Sequence record: SRR20825010_3141
Reading direction: 5' to 3' (one strand)
Length of the DNA stretch: 49,826 nucleotides
This document shows, piece by piece, positions 18,214 through 27,792 of this stretch. Numbering within the stretch: the stretch's first letter is position 1; each line of letters begins with the position of its first letter. The position numbers and the translations under genes are program-made. Below the pieces are notes generated by a model, which was not told the origin of the DNA, searched no databases, and worked only from the letters and a program-made list of their open reading frames with translations.

Positions 18214-18470
18214 CCGCCACTGACCGGTGGAATTAAAGCGACTTCCGCACCTGGCTGAATCACGTGACTGGGCGACACGTACTTTTGATCGATCGCCAAT
18301 CGTGATCTGTGAGCCAATGGTGCCAAAGCGGAATACTGGTCGGCGAGTTGTTTCATCAAATCACTGGCGGTGGTGTTCTCGTGCGATTGGACGATCACAC
18401 GATCCGCGCCATCGGCGGCCTCGCTGGCACCGGCGAACAGCAAAACTTCGATCGATCGCGGCTCGTTCAT
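18210..18470 (-). CDS. moaD: Molybdopterin synthase sulfur carrier subunit
   Basis: 86 aa; VLLFA near the N-terminus and EVALIPPVSGG C-terminal di-glycine; adjacent to moaE. Confidence 0.92.
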   Translation of the reverse strand: MNEPRSIEVLLFAGASEAADGADRVIVQSHENTTASDLMKQLADQYSALAPLAHRSRLAIDQKYVSPSHVIQPGAEVALIPPVSGG

Positions 18471-21400
18471 GCTCGGACACCTCCTGAGTTTGGAGTTTTT
18501 CCCCGCAAGTTCAACGCGGGTAATCGGCCATACGAATGCGCCAGTAACTTCAGCGGATGGATGGCTTCGTAGTCACCGCCATGTTCCATTTGCAATTTGC
18601 ACGCACTGCATTCGGTCGTTGGCGCGCTGGTGGTCGCCTTGCGAACGGTGGAAACCATCGGCCATCCAATCCGTAGACTATTGCGGTAATTCTTACGCTG
18701 CAGTCCCCATGTCCCCGCCATTCCGCTGCACCCCTTCGCGACAACGTCCACTTCGAGTTCTGGAATCAATCGCATCAAGTTGGCTGCCGCGGTGTCGCTG
18801 TGCAAAACTCGACTGTGGCACGGTTGGTGATACAGCATTCGGTGCCGAACGGGTTCGAACTCCAATGTCAGACGCTTTTCTTGGTGCAGTGACCAAAGGT
18901 AATGACATGCTTCAAAGCTGTGTTCGGCGACCAGATGAGCGTCTTCGGTGTCGAGCAGGTTTGGGTATTCGTGTTTCAAGCACAAGGCAGCAGCCGGTTC
19001 CGTCGCCAGGACCGTGTAACCTTGCCTGACCGCATCGGCCAACAAGCGAACGTTGCGTTTGGCGACTCTTCGGGCACCTTTTAGGTCGCCCGCGGTGATG
19101 CGTCCCATCCCGCTCAAGCTTTGGCCCGTCGGAACATAGAACCCAATGCGATTGTGTTGAAGGATTTCAGCCAAAGCACGACCAATTTCCGGATCGTGAT
19201 AATTCGCGAAATGGTCGACGAAGTAGACCACTTTCAATCCGCCGGCCGGGGAGGCTCGGTGCCATCGTCTTCGCACGGCGTATCGGACGAACGATTCACT
19301 GGCTAGCAGTGGAATTTCACGAGAAGCGGACAAGCCAAGGGCTCGTTCGGCAAACCATCGAAGTGATCGTCGCCGAAGCATCCAGTTGGAAAGCCATGCG
19401 ACACGTGATCCGAGTGCAGCCAACATGTCGATGCGGCCGATCAACCAATCCGACAGTGTCAAACCGTTCGTGGCGACGTACTGAGCTTTGATTTCGCCGA
19501 CAACCTTTGGAATGTTGACCGACGCGGGGCACTCCACGCGACAGGAGTGACAATTGAAGCACAAGTCCGCGACGGCTTTGGCTCGTTCTCCAGTGAGTTC
19601 TGAAACGGGCAGTTGTCCGCTCAGGACTCCTCGAAGCAGATTGGCCTTCGCTCGCGGAGAGGCTTCTTCGATCGAAGTGATCCGGAACATGGGACACTGG
19701 CGTTCATCCGAGGCGTCAGCACGGCAGCGAGCACACCCGTTGCAGGCACGCGTGGTCGTCGTGATGGGAGCGCCACCGGGCCAGTGTTGAAGGACTTCCA
19801 ATTGAGGTGCCGGTTGGTGCGGCATCATGGACGCAACCCATTTGGTCGGCTGAGGATCATCCGACGATTGGTCGTCCGGCGGTACCGCGTCCGAAGATGG
19901 TTTCGTCTTGGATCCATCCTGTGCAAGCCCGTCCGTCGCTTTGGCGGACGAAGACGCATTCATTTCGTCGGTTGCGCTTTCGGTTGTCATCGGCAGAGAC
20001 GATGGAATCACACTGCGTCCGGAGGCGACGATCTCAATCGTTTGATCCAGCGGTCGCAGGTTCTCATCGGGCTTTTGCAGCACGGCACCGAATAGCTTGC
20101 CAGGATTGAAACGGTGATACGGGTCGAACAATCGTTTGACTTGCCCCATCGCTTGCCAAAGTTCGCCCGATTGCTTTGGCATCAAGTAAGAGCGGCTGAG
20201 TCCGGCGGCGTGTTCGACTCCGATTTGTCCACCGCGGTCCCAAACAACACTGGCAATTTCTTCGCTGAGAGGACGGATCTTTCGTCGATCTTCTTCCTTC
20301 TGCAAATCCAGCATGGGGCGAACATGCAGTTGACCGTGACCGGCATGAGCAAAGATGGTCGCGGTGGTTTGATGACGCTTGAGAACGTTCTGAACGGCAA
20401 CCACCATCTCCGGCAATTGCTCCGGCGGTGAATGGATGTCCTCGACAAATGGCAACGGCATCTGCGTGCCACGCACTCGATACTGTCGCGGAATCACCCG
20501 TCGAAACAACGTCCAATAAAGATCGCGAATTTCATCTCGGATGGTGTCTTCGGATTGAAATGCCGCATCGTGGCCACTGGAGATTGATTGTCGCAAAATG
20601 GCGAGTCGATCATAAAGATCTCCAAGCGATTCACCTTGGATCTCAACCAGCATTGCGGCTTCCGCTTCGCGAGGCACCAAGTCCGCAAACCGCTTTTCAC
20701 CTTCGCGAGCAATTTGAAGGAGGCGGCGGTCCATGACATCGCATGCGATTGGTCCATGTTCGAGGGCCGACACGGCGGCACGCGTGGCTGAATCGAGTCG
20801 GTGGAAGAAGAACAGCACCACGCCGCGGTGCGCCGGGATCGCTTCGGTGCGAACGGTGGCGTCGACCATCAAGCCCAACGTGCCTTGAGATCCACTGAAG
20901 AATTTCGCCAGATCGACCCTGTTATTGGAATCGTAAAGATCGTCGAGTCGATACCCACCGCTGGCGGGCGAAGCGAATGCATTGGAGTCGATGTGGTAGT
21001 TGAACCGGTTGCGGATCTCGACCAAACCACGGGAGACTCGGTTGACGAATCCTGCTTCACCGGATCGATCCAACAGCGATGCGTTCGGGTCTCGCATCGC
21101 ATCATGGTTTCCGCCATCGGTTAGCGTCTCATCGTCGCTGGCCGGCGTTGGGGCATGCTGAGAAAGTTCGACCAGTCGTCCATCCGCGGCAATCATTCGC
21201 AATGACAAAACGGTGTCGCGTGCCGAGCCACTGCGGAGGTAGTGACTGCCGGAGGCATTGGTCGCGATGACACCGCCCATGGTGGTGATCGATCGCGTGG
21301 CGGGATCGGGACCAAACCATCGCCGATGTCCTTTTAAGAAGCGGTTGACGCTCGACAGAGTCGCTCCACTCTGAACGGTGACCTGCATCCCATCGTCCGA

Positions 21401-21700
21401 TGGAGAGATCCGCTTCATGTGAGCGGACATGTCCACGACGATGCCGGGGCCAACTGATTCTCCGGATACACCGCTACCGCTGCCACGTGGATGAATCGGC
21501 AAGTCATTTTCGCAAGCGTATTGAACGGTCGCGGACACGTCAGCCACCGAACGAGGCCGCACGACAGCGAGCGGCCGAATTTGGTAAATGCTGGCGTCGG
21601 ATGCGTACAGTTGTGTCGACACTGCGTCGCACAATACGTCACCGGAAACCAATCCGCGGAGGTCGTCGTGAAGTCGCTGGCTATCAATGTCTCGTTGCAT
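18467..21700 (-). CDS. FAD-linked oxidase / 2x[4Fe-4S] / CCG-domain fusion oxidoreductase (YdiJ-like, 2-hydroxyacid dehydrogenase family)
   Basis: YASDAS, PRGSGSG..GES, GPDPAT, GSQGTLG, HAGHGQLHVRP, EH, NPGK; clusters CNGCARC..QCP and CFNCHSCRVECP; C-terminal HQPCH, CSGMAG, ECSAC. Start placed at ATG 21700. Confidence 0.85.
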   Translation of the reverse strand: MQRDIDSQRLHDDLRGLVSGDVLCDAVSTQLYASDASIYQIRPLAVVRPRSVADVSATVQYACENDLPIHPRGSGSGVSGESVGPGIVVDMSAHMKRISPSDDGMQVTVQSGATLSSVNRFLKGHRRWFGPDPATRSITTMGGVIATNASGSHYLRSGSARDTVLSLRMIAADGRLVELSQHAPTPASDDETLTDGGNHDAMRDPNASLLDRSGEAGFVNRVSRGLVEIRNRFNYHIDSNAFASPASGGYRLDDLYDSNNRVDLAKFFSGSQGTLGLMVDATVRTEAIPAHRGVVLFFFHRLDSATRAAVSALEHGPIACDVMDRRLLQIAREGEKRFADLVPREAEAAMLVEIQGESLGDLYDRLAILRQSISSGHDAAFQSEDTIRDEIRDLYWTLFRRVIPRQYRVRGTQMPLPFVEDIHSPPEQLPEMVVAVQNVLKRHQTTATIFAHAGHGQLHVRPMLDLQKEEDRRKIRPLSEEIASVVWDRGGQIGVEHAAGLSRSYLMPKQSGELWQAMGQVKRLFDPYHRFNPGKLFGAVLQKPDENLRPLDQTIEIVASGRSVIPSSLPMTTESATDEMNASSSAKATDGLAQDGSKTKPSSDAVPPDDQSSDDPQPTKWVASMMPHQPAPQLEVLQHWPGGAPITTTTRACNGCARCRADASDERQCPMFRITSIEEASPRAKANLLRGVLSGQLPVSELTGERAKAVADLCFNCHSCRVECPASVNIPKVVGEIKAQYVATNGLTLSDWLIGRIDMLAALGSRVAWLSNWMLRRRSLRWFAERALGLSASREIPLLASESFVRYAVRRRWHRASPAGGLKVVYFVDHFANYHDPEIGRALAEILQHNRIGFYVPTGQSLSGMGRITAGDLKGARRVAKRNVRLLADAVRQGYTVLATEPAAALCLKHEYPNLLDTEDAHLVAEHSFEACHYLWSLHQEKRLTLEFEPVRHRMLYHQPCHSRVLHSDTAAANLMRLIPELEVDVVAKGCSGMAGTWGLQRKNYRNSLRIGWPMVSTVRKATTSAPTTECSACKLQMEHGGDYEAIHPLKLLAHSYGRLPALNLRGKTPNSGGVRA

Positions 21701-21746
21701 TGTCCCATTACGACGCCCCGCGACCGGTTCCGTCAAGATGACAGAT

Positions 21747-22385
21747 TCAGTCGCGGCGTATTTCCGACCAGATCCAGTGGATTCCGATGGCCGCCAGTCC
21801 ACCGATTCCAGCTAGGCAGAGATCCTTTTGAGCGTCCCAAAGGTCACCCTGCTGGCCGTTGTAGGCTTCCGCTTGATCAGGCGAGAAGAACATCGCTATC
21901 TGCCACTCCAGCACTTCGTAGGCGGCCCCCACGGCCATCACAACGCATAGCGACAGAAACCATCCCCAGCGTTTGGGCAGTGTGACTTTGGGGTGCGATG
22001 CATCCCAGGTTTGCTTCAACCAATCAAATGCCACCGGGACGCCAAAGCATCCCGATGCAAAATGGACCAATCGGTCGTAGTGGTTGCGTTGCCAACCGAA
22101 TTGGTCCGAAAGCGAGGATCCGGTCAGAAATTCCCACCAAGCATCGTAGGGCACGTTGGAGTAAATCCAGCGGGCCCCGATGATATGCAGAACAATGAAC
22201 GCGATCGCACAACCAAATGCGATTCGCGACAACCTAGCGTTACCGGTTGACCACAGTAGACCCAGCAGCATCAACACCGTGGGAGTGTGCTGCAGCCACT
22301 GCTCTGCTGGATACAAAGCATTGCGAAGCGACGCAACCATCAGCAGAAAGGTTGCCAGCAGGGCGATCTTTTGGCGATCAACCAA
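21747..22385 (-). CDS. DUF2238/YjdF-family inner membrane protein
   Basis: LHIIGARWIYSNVP, RNHYDRLVHF, YEVLEW, GQQGDLWDAQKD; several TM helices. Confidence 0.85.
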   Translation of the reverse strand: MVDRQKIALLATFLLMVASLRNALYPAEQWLQHTPTVLMLLGLLWSTGNARLSRIAFGCAIAFIVLHIIGARWIYSNVPYDAWWEFLTGSSLSDQFGWQRNHYDRLVHFASGCFGVPVAFDWLKQTWDASHPKVTLPKRWGWFLSLCVVMAVGAAYEVLEWQIAMFFSPDQAEAYNGQQGDLWDAQKDLCLAGIGGLAAIGIHWIWSEIRRD

Positions 22386-22393
22386 TGGAACGA

Positions 22394-23776
22394 TCAGTCT
22401 TCATTGTCTTCGTCCGCCGGTTTTGAATCGCCATCAGCGTCTGACGCTTCGCCAGTCAGTTCTCGCAGGTACGCCTTTAGTTTGTCTTTTTCATCATCAG
22501 GTGCGGTCTCGATCGCGCGCTGCTGCCACTCGATTGCCGAGTCTTTGTCTTTCGCCAATGCCTTCAGGTGAGCAACGGTGTCGTACGCGGGCCACAATGC
22601 ATCGTTTGACTCGTTTTCTTCCGAAGCCAAAGCAGACTCCAGAGCATTCGTGGTCGTCATCAAAATCTTATCGCTATTATCCCATCCTGACTCGATGGCC
22701 TCGTAGACTTCCCATGCCCAGCGATTGATGGCGACAACATCATCTGGATTGGATTCAATCTTCTCTTCGATCAATTCCAACGCGATCTCGTTTTGCTGGG
22801 TTGCAAGTGCCGTTGGGAACCAAATTGACTTGAGTATCGATTCATACCCTGTGCCCTGGAAAAGATCGGCGTGTTCTTGTAATAGTCGCGACGTGATTTC
22901 GTAATGCTCGGTGCGATACGCCATGAAGATCTCGCGTAATGCTAGATCGACTTTTTGTTTGCGCTCGAATTTTTCTTTGGCTGGACCTCGATCCCATTCG
23001 TCGTTGACCACCGCTTCCAAAGGGCCATCCATCGACATTGGATGTCCGATCCATTCCACGTATCCGTCTTTGCCGACGATGAACGCGGTGGGGATGCCAT
23101 TTTGAGCGGCGGCTTTCATGTAGTCTTCTTCAACTGATTTGTCTGGGTCGGTGGTCAGGCTGTAAGCAGACGTCAATTCGCCGAAGGTAATTCGTTCGGC
23201 TTCTTCTTCGGTCGACTCATCTTCATCAGGTTCAGTTGCGTCATCGTCAGCTTCTTCTTTGGGTTTTGGAAGGCCAAGGATCTCCGGGCTGACAGGGCGT
23301 TCCAGGAAGCTGGTGACAGTTTCTAGATCTTCATTGCTGACGCTCACCACACGAACACCTTGGTCTTCGTACTTGCTTTGCAGTTCGGCAAGGTGTGGCA
23401 TGCTGTGAAGGCACGGTCCGCACCAGGTCGCCCAGAACTCAACCACGTAAACTTTGCCCGGCTCAAATTCTGACATTGGCGAAGGCGAGTCACCAAACCA
23501 GTGCTCAATGTCGAGAGAGGGAGCCAACGAACCAATCGAAAGCACTTTCGCTTTCTCTTCTTCAGCGGGTTCGGCGTCAGGAGTGGCCGCTTCATCCGCG
23601 TCCGGACTGATCTTCGCAGCAGTGGTTTTCTTGGCATCGACGGACGGCGACGTTGTCCGATCGTCCCCCTTGGCAATCCCACCGGTACCAATCACAAAAC
23701 AGCAAACGAACACACGTGCGGTCGAAAAGATTTTCACGACGAACATCCTCGTTGGGCAAATCGAATGGAGAGTCAT
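22394..23776 (-). CDS. Exported TlpA/redoxin-family thiol-disulfide oxidoreductase with helical C-terminal domain
   Basis: VVEFWATWCGPC, GIPTAFIV, N-terminal signal-like segment and acidic linkers. The start may be ATG 23746. Confidence 0.85.
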   Translation of the reverse strand: MTLHSICPTRMFVVKIFSTARVFVCCFVIGTGGIAKGDDRTTSPSVDAKKTTAAKISPDADEAATPDAEPAEEEKAKVLSIGSLAPSLDIEHWFGDSPSPMSEFEPGKVYVVEFWATWCGPCLHSMPHLAELQSKYEDQGVRVVSVSNEDLETVTSFLERPVSPEILGLPKPKEEADDDATEPDEDESTEEEAERITFGELTSAYSLTTDPDKSVEEDYMKAAAQNGIPTAFIVGKDGYVEWIGHPMSMDGPLEAVVNDEWDRGPAKEKFERKQKVDLALREIFMAYRTEHYEITSRLLQEHADLFQGTGYESILKSIWFPTALATQQNEIALELIEEKIESNPDDVVAINRWAWEVYEAIESGWDNSDKILMTTTNALESALASEENESNDALWPAYDTVAHLKALAKDKDSAIEWQQRAIETAPDDEKDKLKAYLRELTGEASDADGDSKPADEDNED

Positions 23777-23836
23777 GGGATGACTCCTTCACGATAACAA
23801 ACTACCGCCTCTCCCAATTGACCGAAGGTACGAAAA

Positions 23837-24664
23837 ATGTCCGAGAACGATTTGAGGCGGTCTGAACTACTCCAAACCGCAGTCAAGGCTGCGAAGAACG
23901 GCGGCGAAATTCTTCGTCGATATTTCGAGAATGGCGTGACGATGCGGGACAAGTCCACCGACGGTGGAAAAACCTACGATTTGGTCAGCGACGCTGATTT
24001 GGAAAGCGAACAAGCGGTGGCAGCGATCATCCGTGAGTCCTACCCCGATCATGAATTGTTGGGCGAAGAAGATCTCAAAGGCGGCGATGCCAACGCTGAG
24101 CATTTGTGGGTCATCGATCCGCTCGATGGCACCAACAACTTTGCACATCACTTGCCGCATTTCGCGGTTTCGATTGCTTACTACGAATCAGGAGTTCCAA
24201 TCGTCGGGGCCGTTTACAATCCAATTCGCGAAGATTTGTTCACCGCGGTTCAGGGGCAAGGTGCCTTTGAGAATGGAACCCAAGTTCGTGTGAGTGAATC
24301 AAGTTCGCTGAATCAATCCATGATCGGTTGCGGTTTCTATTACGACCGCGGCGACATGATGCGAGCCACTTTGAATGCGATTGCCGAATGTTTCGAAAAT
24401 GAAATTCATGGCATCCGACGGTTTGGCACCGCGTCGCTGGATCTATGCCAAGTTGGCTGCGGCGGGTTTGACGCATTCTTCGAATACAAATTGTCACCGT
24501 GGGATTTCGCCGCTGGTGCACTCTTCATCACCGAAGCAGGTGGAAAGATTACGACCGCGACCGGCGACGCGCTGCCGTTGGAAACAACCAGCGTGTTGGC
24601 TAGCAACGGAAAAATTCACTCGGCAATGCAGGACATCACCACGCGACATGCTTTGCCAAAGTGA
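23837..24664 (+). CDS. suhB: Inositol monophosphatase family protein
   Basis: DLVSDAD, GEE, WVIDPLDGTNNF, RRFGTASLDLC, PWDFAAG..EAGG. Confidence 0.9.
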   Translation: MSENDLRRSELLQTAVKAAKNGGEILRRYFENGVTMRDKSTDGGKTYDLVSDADLESEQAVAAIIRESYPDHELLGEEDLKGGDANAEHLWVIDPLDGTNNFAHHLPHFAVSIAYYESGVPIVGAVYNPIREDLFTAVQGQGAFENGTQVRVSESSSLNQSMIGCGFYYDRGDMMRATLNAIAECFENEIHGIRRFGTASLDLCQVGCGGFDAFFEYKLSPWDFAAGALFITEAGGKITTATGDALPLETTSVLASNGKIHSAMQDITTRHALPK

Positions 24665-24722
24665 CGATGTCTGCTCAGCGGCACTGTCAATGTGCATGAG
24701 AATGTGCACAGGTTCGAGCGGC

Positions 24723-25589
24723 TCAGTCGATCCAGCGTTTCGTTAGATCACCGTACGCATCGATGCGACGATCACGAAGGAATGGCCAATGAGTGCGAAC
24801 GACATCAATGTCCGCAAACTGACAATCGGCCGAGACGATTTGATCGCTTGAGCAATCGCCCTGCGAGAGAATCTCTCCTCGCGGGGAGGCGATGAAAGAT
24901 GATCCCCAAAACTCGACACGACCTTCAATCCCGATGCGGTTGGGGGCTCCCAGATAGATTCCATTGGCGATCGCATGAGCCCGCATCGCGGTCATCCACG
25001 CATCACGCTGGCCTTCGCCGAATTCCTCTTTCTCTTCGTCGATCCAGCCAATCGCGGTTGGATAGAGCAAAATCTCGGCGCCCGCGAGAGCGAACAGGCG
25101 AGCCGCTTCTGGAAACCACTGGTCCCAGCAAATTCCCACACCCAGTTTGGCGAAGCGGGTCGGAATGACTTTGAATCCTAAGTCGCCGGGTATGAAATAG
25201 AACTTCTCGTAGTACAACGGGTCGTCAGGAATGTGCATCTTGCGATACACGCCCGCGATGCTTCCATCGGCGTCAATGACCACGGCACTGTTGTGATAAA
25301 CACCTGGTGCTCGGCGTTCGAACAGTGGGGCAACGATCACAATACCCAATCGTTCCGCCACCGGTTGCAGGGCTTCGGTCGTCGGTCCCGGAATCGATTC
25401 CGCCAGATCAAAGTTATCGTGGTCTTCGCTCTGGCATGGGTAACATGTGGCAAACAGTTCCTGCAAACAGACGATTTGGGCACCTTCGGCGGCGGCTTTT
25501 TCAATCCATCCAATCGATGCATCGATCGACTTGTCTTTCGACCCCGCATCACGCATTTGAATCAACGACAATTTGACCGAAGAACTCAT
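24723..25589 (-). CDS. Carbon-nitrogen hydrolase, N-carbamoylputrescine amidase (AguB)-like
   Basis: LQELF, YRKMHIPDDPLYYEKFYF.PGDLG, GICWDQWFPE, YPTAIG, WPFLRDRR. Confidence 0.85.
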   Translation of the reverse strand: MSSSVKLSLIQMRDAGSKDKSIDASIGWIEKAAAEGAQIVCLQELFATCYPCQSEDHDNFDLAESIPGPTTEALQPVAERLGIVIVAPLFERRAPGVYHNSAVVIDADGSIAGVYRKMHIPDDPLYYEKFYFIPGDLGFKVIPTRFAKLGVGICWDQWFPEAARLFALAGAEILLYPTAIGWIDEEKEEFGEGQRDAWMTAMRAHAIANGIYLGAPNRIGIEGRVEFWGSSFIASPRGEILSQGDCSSDQIVSADCQFADIDVVRTHWPFLRDRRIDAYGDLTKRWID

Positions 25590-26358
25590 GGCAAGTCTCT
25601 ATTTCGTTACGGGAACCGATACCGAGGTTGGCAAAACGTACTGCACCGCGAAAACGGTTGAGCGGATGCGGGAATGCGGGCAACGGGTTGGAGTTTACAA
25701 ACCGGTGGCCAGTGGTTGCGAGTTGCGCGCCGATGGCCAGCGCTATAGTGTCGATGCGGCAACGCTATGGCAAGCGGCAGGACACCCCAAAAACATCGAC
25801 GCGGTTTGCCCGCAACGTTTCCTTGCTGCTTTGTCGCCACCGCGATCGGCCGCGAGAGAAGGGGTGAAGGTTGATACGCGACAATTGCGAGATGGTTTGG
25901 CGATTTGGTGCGACGGCGATTTCGACGTCGTCATGATCGAGGGAGCCGGTGGTTTGTTCAGTCCCATCAGCGACGATTGGCTGAACGTGGATCTGGCGAT
26001 CGAGATGAAGTGTTGGAGCGATCAGAATGGCCACTCGTTTGAGTTGCTCTTGGTGGCTCCTGACCGATTGGGGGTTTTGCATCATGTGATCTCTACCTCC
26101 CGTGCGGCCGAATCCGCTGGCATACCGATCGCCGGATTGATCCTGAATCGAATGGATGACCACGCCGACGAATCCACGCAAACAAATGCCGAAGATTTAC
26201 GCCGGTGGTGCGGTATACCGATGGTCGCATTGGTGCGGCAACCGAGTGGCCCATTGGTCGTCTTTTCCGGGCCCAACGGCGGAAACGCGTCAGGGGAAAC
26301 GTCTCGTGAAACTGTGGGTGGTGTGAATTTTTTGAATCAAACGACAATTCGGCGTTGA
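25588..26358 (+). CDS. bioD: Dethiobiotin synthase
   Basis: FVTGTDTEVGKT P-loop, YKPVASG, IEGAGG, LG..HH, ILN. ATG 25588 gives the canonical N-terminus. Confidence 0.9.
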   Translation: MASLYFVTGTDTEVGKTYCTAKTVERMRECGQRVGVYKPVASGCELRADGQRYSVDAATLWQAAGHPKNIDAVCPQRFLAALSPPRSAAREGVKVDTRQLRDGLAIWCDGDFDVVMIEGAGGLFSPISDDWLNVDLAIEMKCWSDQNGHSFELLLVAPDRLGVLHHVISTSRAAESAGIPIAGLILNRMDDHADESTQTNAEDLRRWCGIPMVALVRQPSGPLVVFSGPNGGNASGETSRETVGGVNFLNQTTIRR

Positions 26359-26645
26359 CACTCATTTGTCGTCGGTGGTACCCCACTTTCAACGGCAAAG
26401 ACATTCCCACCGCCGTCCCACCTTCGCCCATCCAAAAGATGAGCTTTACCACCAGACATAAGTTTCGTTGACAAGGAATCGTTTGCGGGAATGATTTCTT
26501 CGTCCGTTCACTCGGGCGGAAGCATTTGTACTCGCTGCGACGGTTACTGGGTCAATCGTCTCAGCGTTTTGCTTCTCGACGAAACTTAGCTGCGCACCGG
26601 AGCGTCGTTCATCGGCGCTCCGGTGCCAGGATACAAATCTTCCTC

Positions 26646-27752
26646 ATGTCATCGAACGAAATACCAGACGACGACCGAGAGGAAGAAAACGATTCGCCCG
26701 AAGATGAATCCGCTACTGCCGCGGACCCGGGCGAATCCGGCGCTGAGTCTCCGCCTGACAATGACGAAGATGAATTGGGCGATGTCGTTGAAACGGACGA
26801 CGAGGAACAGCCACCCAAGCGACTCAGCCTCAAGGAACGGTTGATTGCACTCTGCACGCCCACCAAACTCGGCGTGAGCATCGCTGTCGTTGCAATCTTC
26901 GGGCTGGCATGGTGGGCCACTCGACCGATCGAACCGCCCAAGCCACCGGCAAAACCTCCTGAGCCGGAAGAGCTTTACGCCCAGCAGATCGAGCAGATTC
27001 TGAGTGGTGCGTCGACTCAGCTGCACACGACAACGTATGAGATCAACGACGAAAAGCTGCTACTGATTCCGTTGGAGGAACTGGAAAAAGCAGCCGAGCA
27101 GCGACGGCAAAATTTGCTGGCAGATGAACAGTCTTCTGTGGATGAAACGGCAGCGGATGAGTCGTCCTCAGACTCTGCCCCATTGCCACCGGGAAGCTCT
27201 CTTTCTTCATCAGAAGGCGAGTCGGACGAACCTCAGGTGTCAGAGCTTCCCAAGTTGGACACGGTGCTGATCGATGAAGGCGTGATCACCGATGAAGGGA
27301 TGGTCACAATCGCGAAAATTCCTGAACTCCGACATTTGCGATTGCGGCTTTCGCCGATCACCGACGAAGGCTTGAAGCCTTTACTCGAACGAAAATCGAT
27401 TTGGTTTTTGAACCTGCCGCACAGTAGATTGACCGAAAAGGGGATCCGTTCGCTCTCGGAGTTGCCAAAGCTGCGTCAATTGCGAGTCGGGTCGACTTTG
27501 TTGGGAAACGATATCGGCCGTGCATTGCTGGAAGTGAAATCGTTGAGAGGGCTGCATCTAATCGGTGTGCCACTTTCAGATGAAGGCCTGAAGGTGATCG
27601 TCCAGCTTCCACACTTGGAATCGTTGTACCTGGACGACGCAGCAATCACTGAATCGGGTTGGGATTGGTTGTTTCAAAACCATCCTCAGTTGCACGTTCA
27701 CATCAACCAGCGTCATCACGATCGCGACCCGCAACATCACAAGCACGAGTAG
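26646..27752 (+). CDS. Single-pass membrane protein with leucine-rich repeats
   Basis: Acidic N-terminus, TM (LGVSIAVVAIFGLAWWA), Pro linker, about six LRRs of the LxxLxL..xITDEG type, His-rich C-terminus. Start placed at ATG 26646. Confidence 0.75.
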   Translation: MSSNEIPDDDREEENDSPEDESATAADPGESGAESPPDNDEDELGDVVETDDEEQPPKRLSLKERLIALCTPTKLGVSIAVVAIFGLAWWATRPIEPPKPPAKPPEPEELYAQQIEQILSGASTQLHTTTYEINDEKLLLIPLEELEKAAEQRRQNLLADEQSSVDETAADESSSDSAPLPPGSSLSSSEGESDEPQVSELPKLDTVLIDEGVITDEGMVTIAKIPELRHLRLRLSPITDEGLKPLLERKSIWFLNLPHSRLTEKGIRSLSELPKLRQLRVGSTLLGNDIGRALLEVKSLRGLHLIGVPLSDEGLKVIVQLPHLESLYLDDAAITESGWDWLFQNHPQLHVHINQRHHDRDPQHHKHE

Positions 27753-27792
27753 TGACCGGAGTCCGCCGTTTCGGTTCATGTGGTACCGAAGC

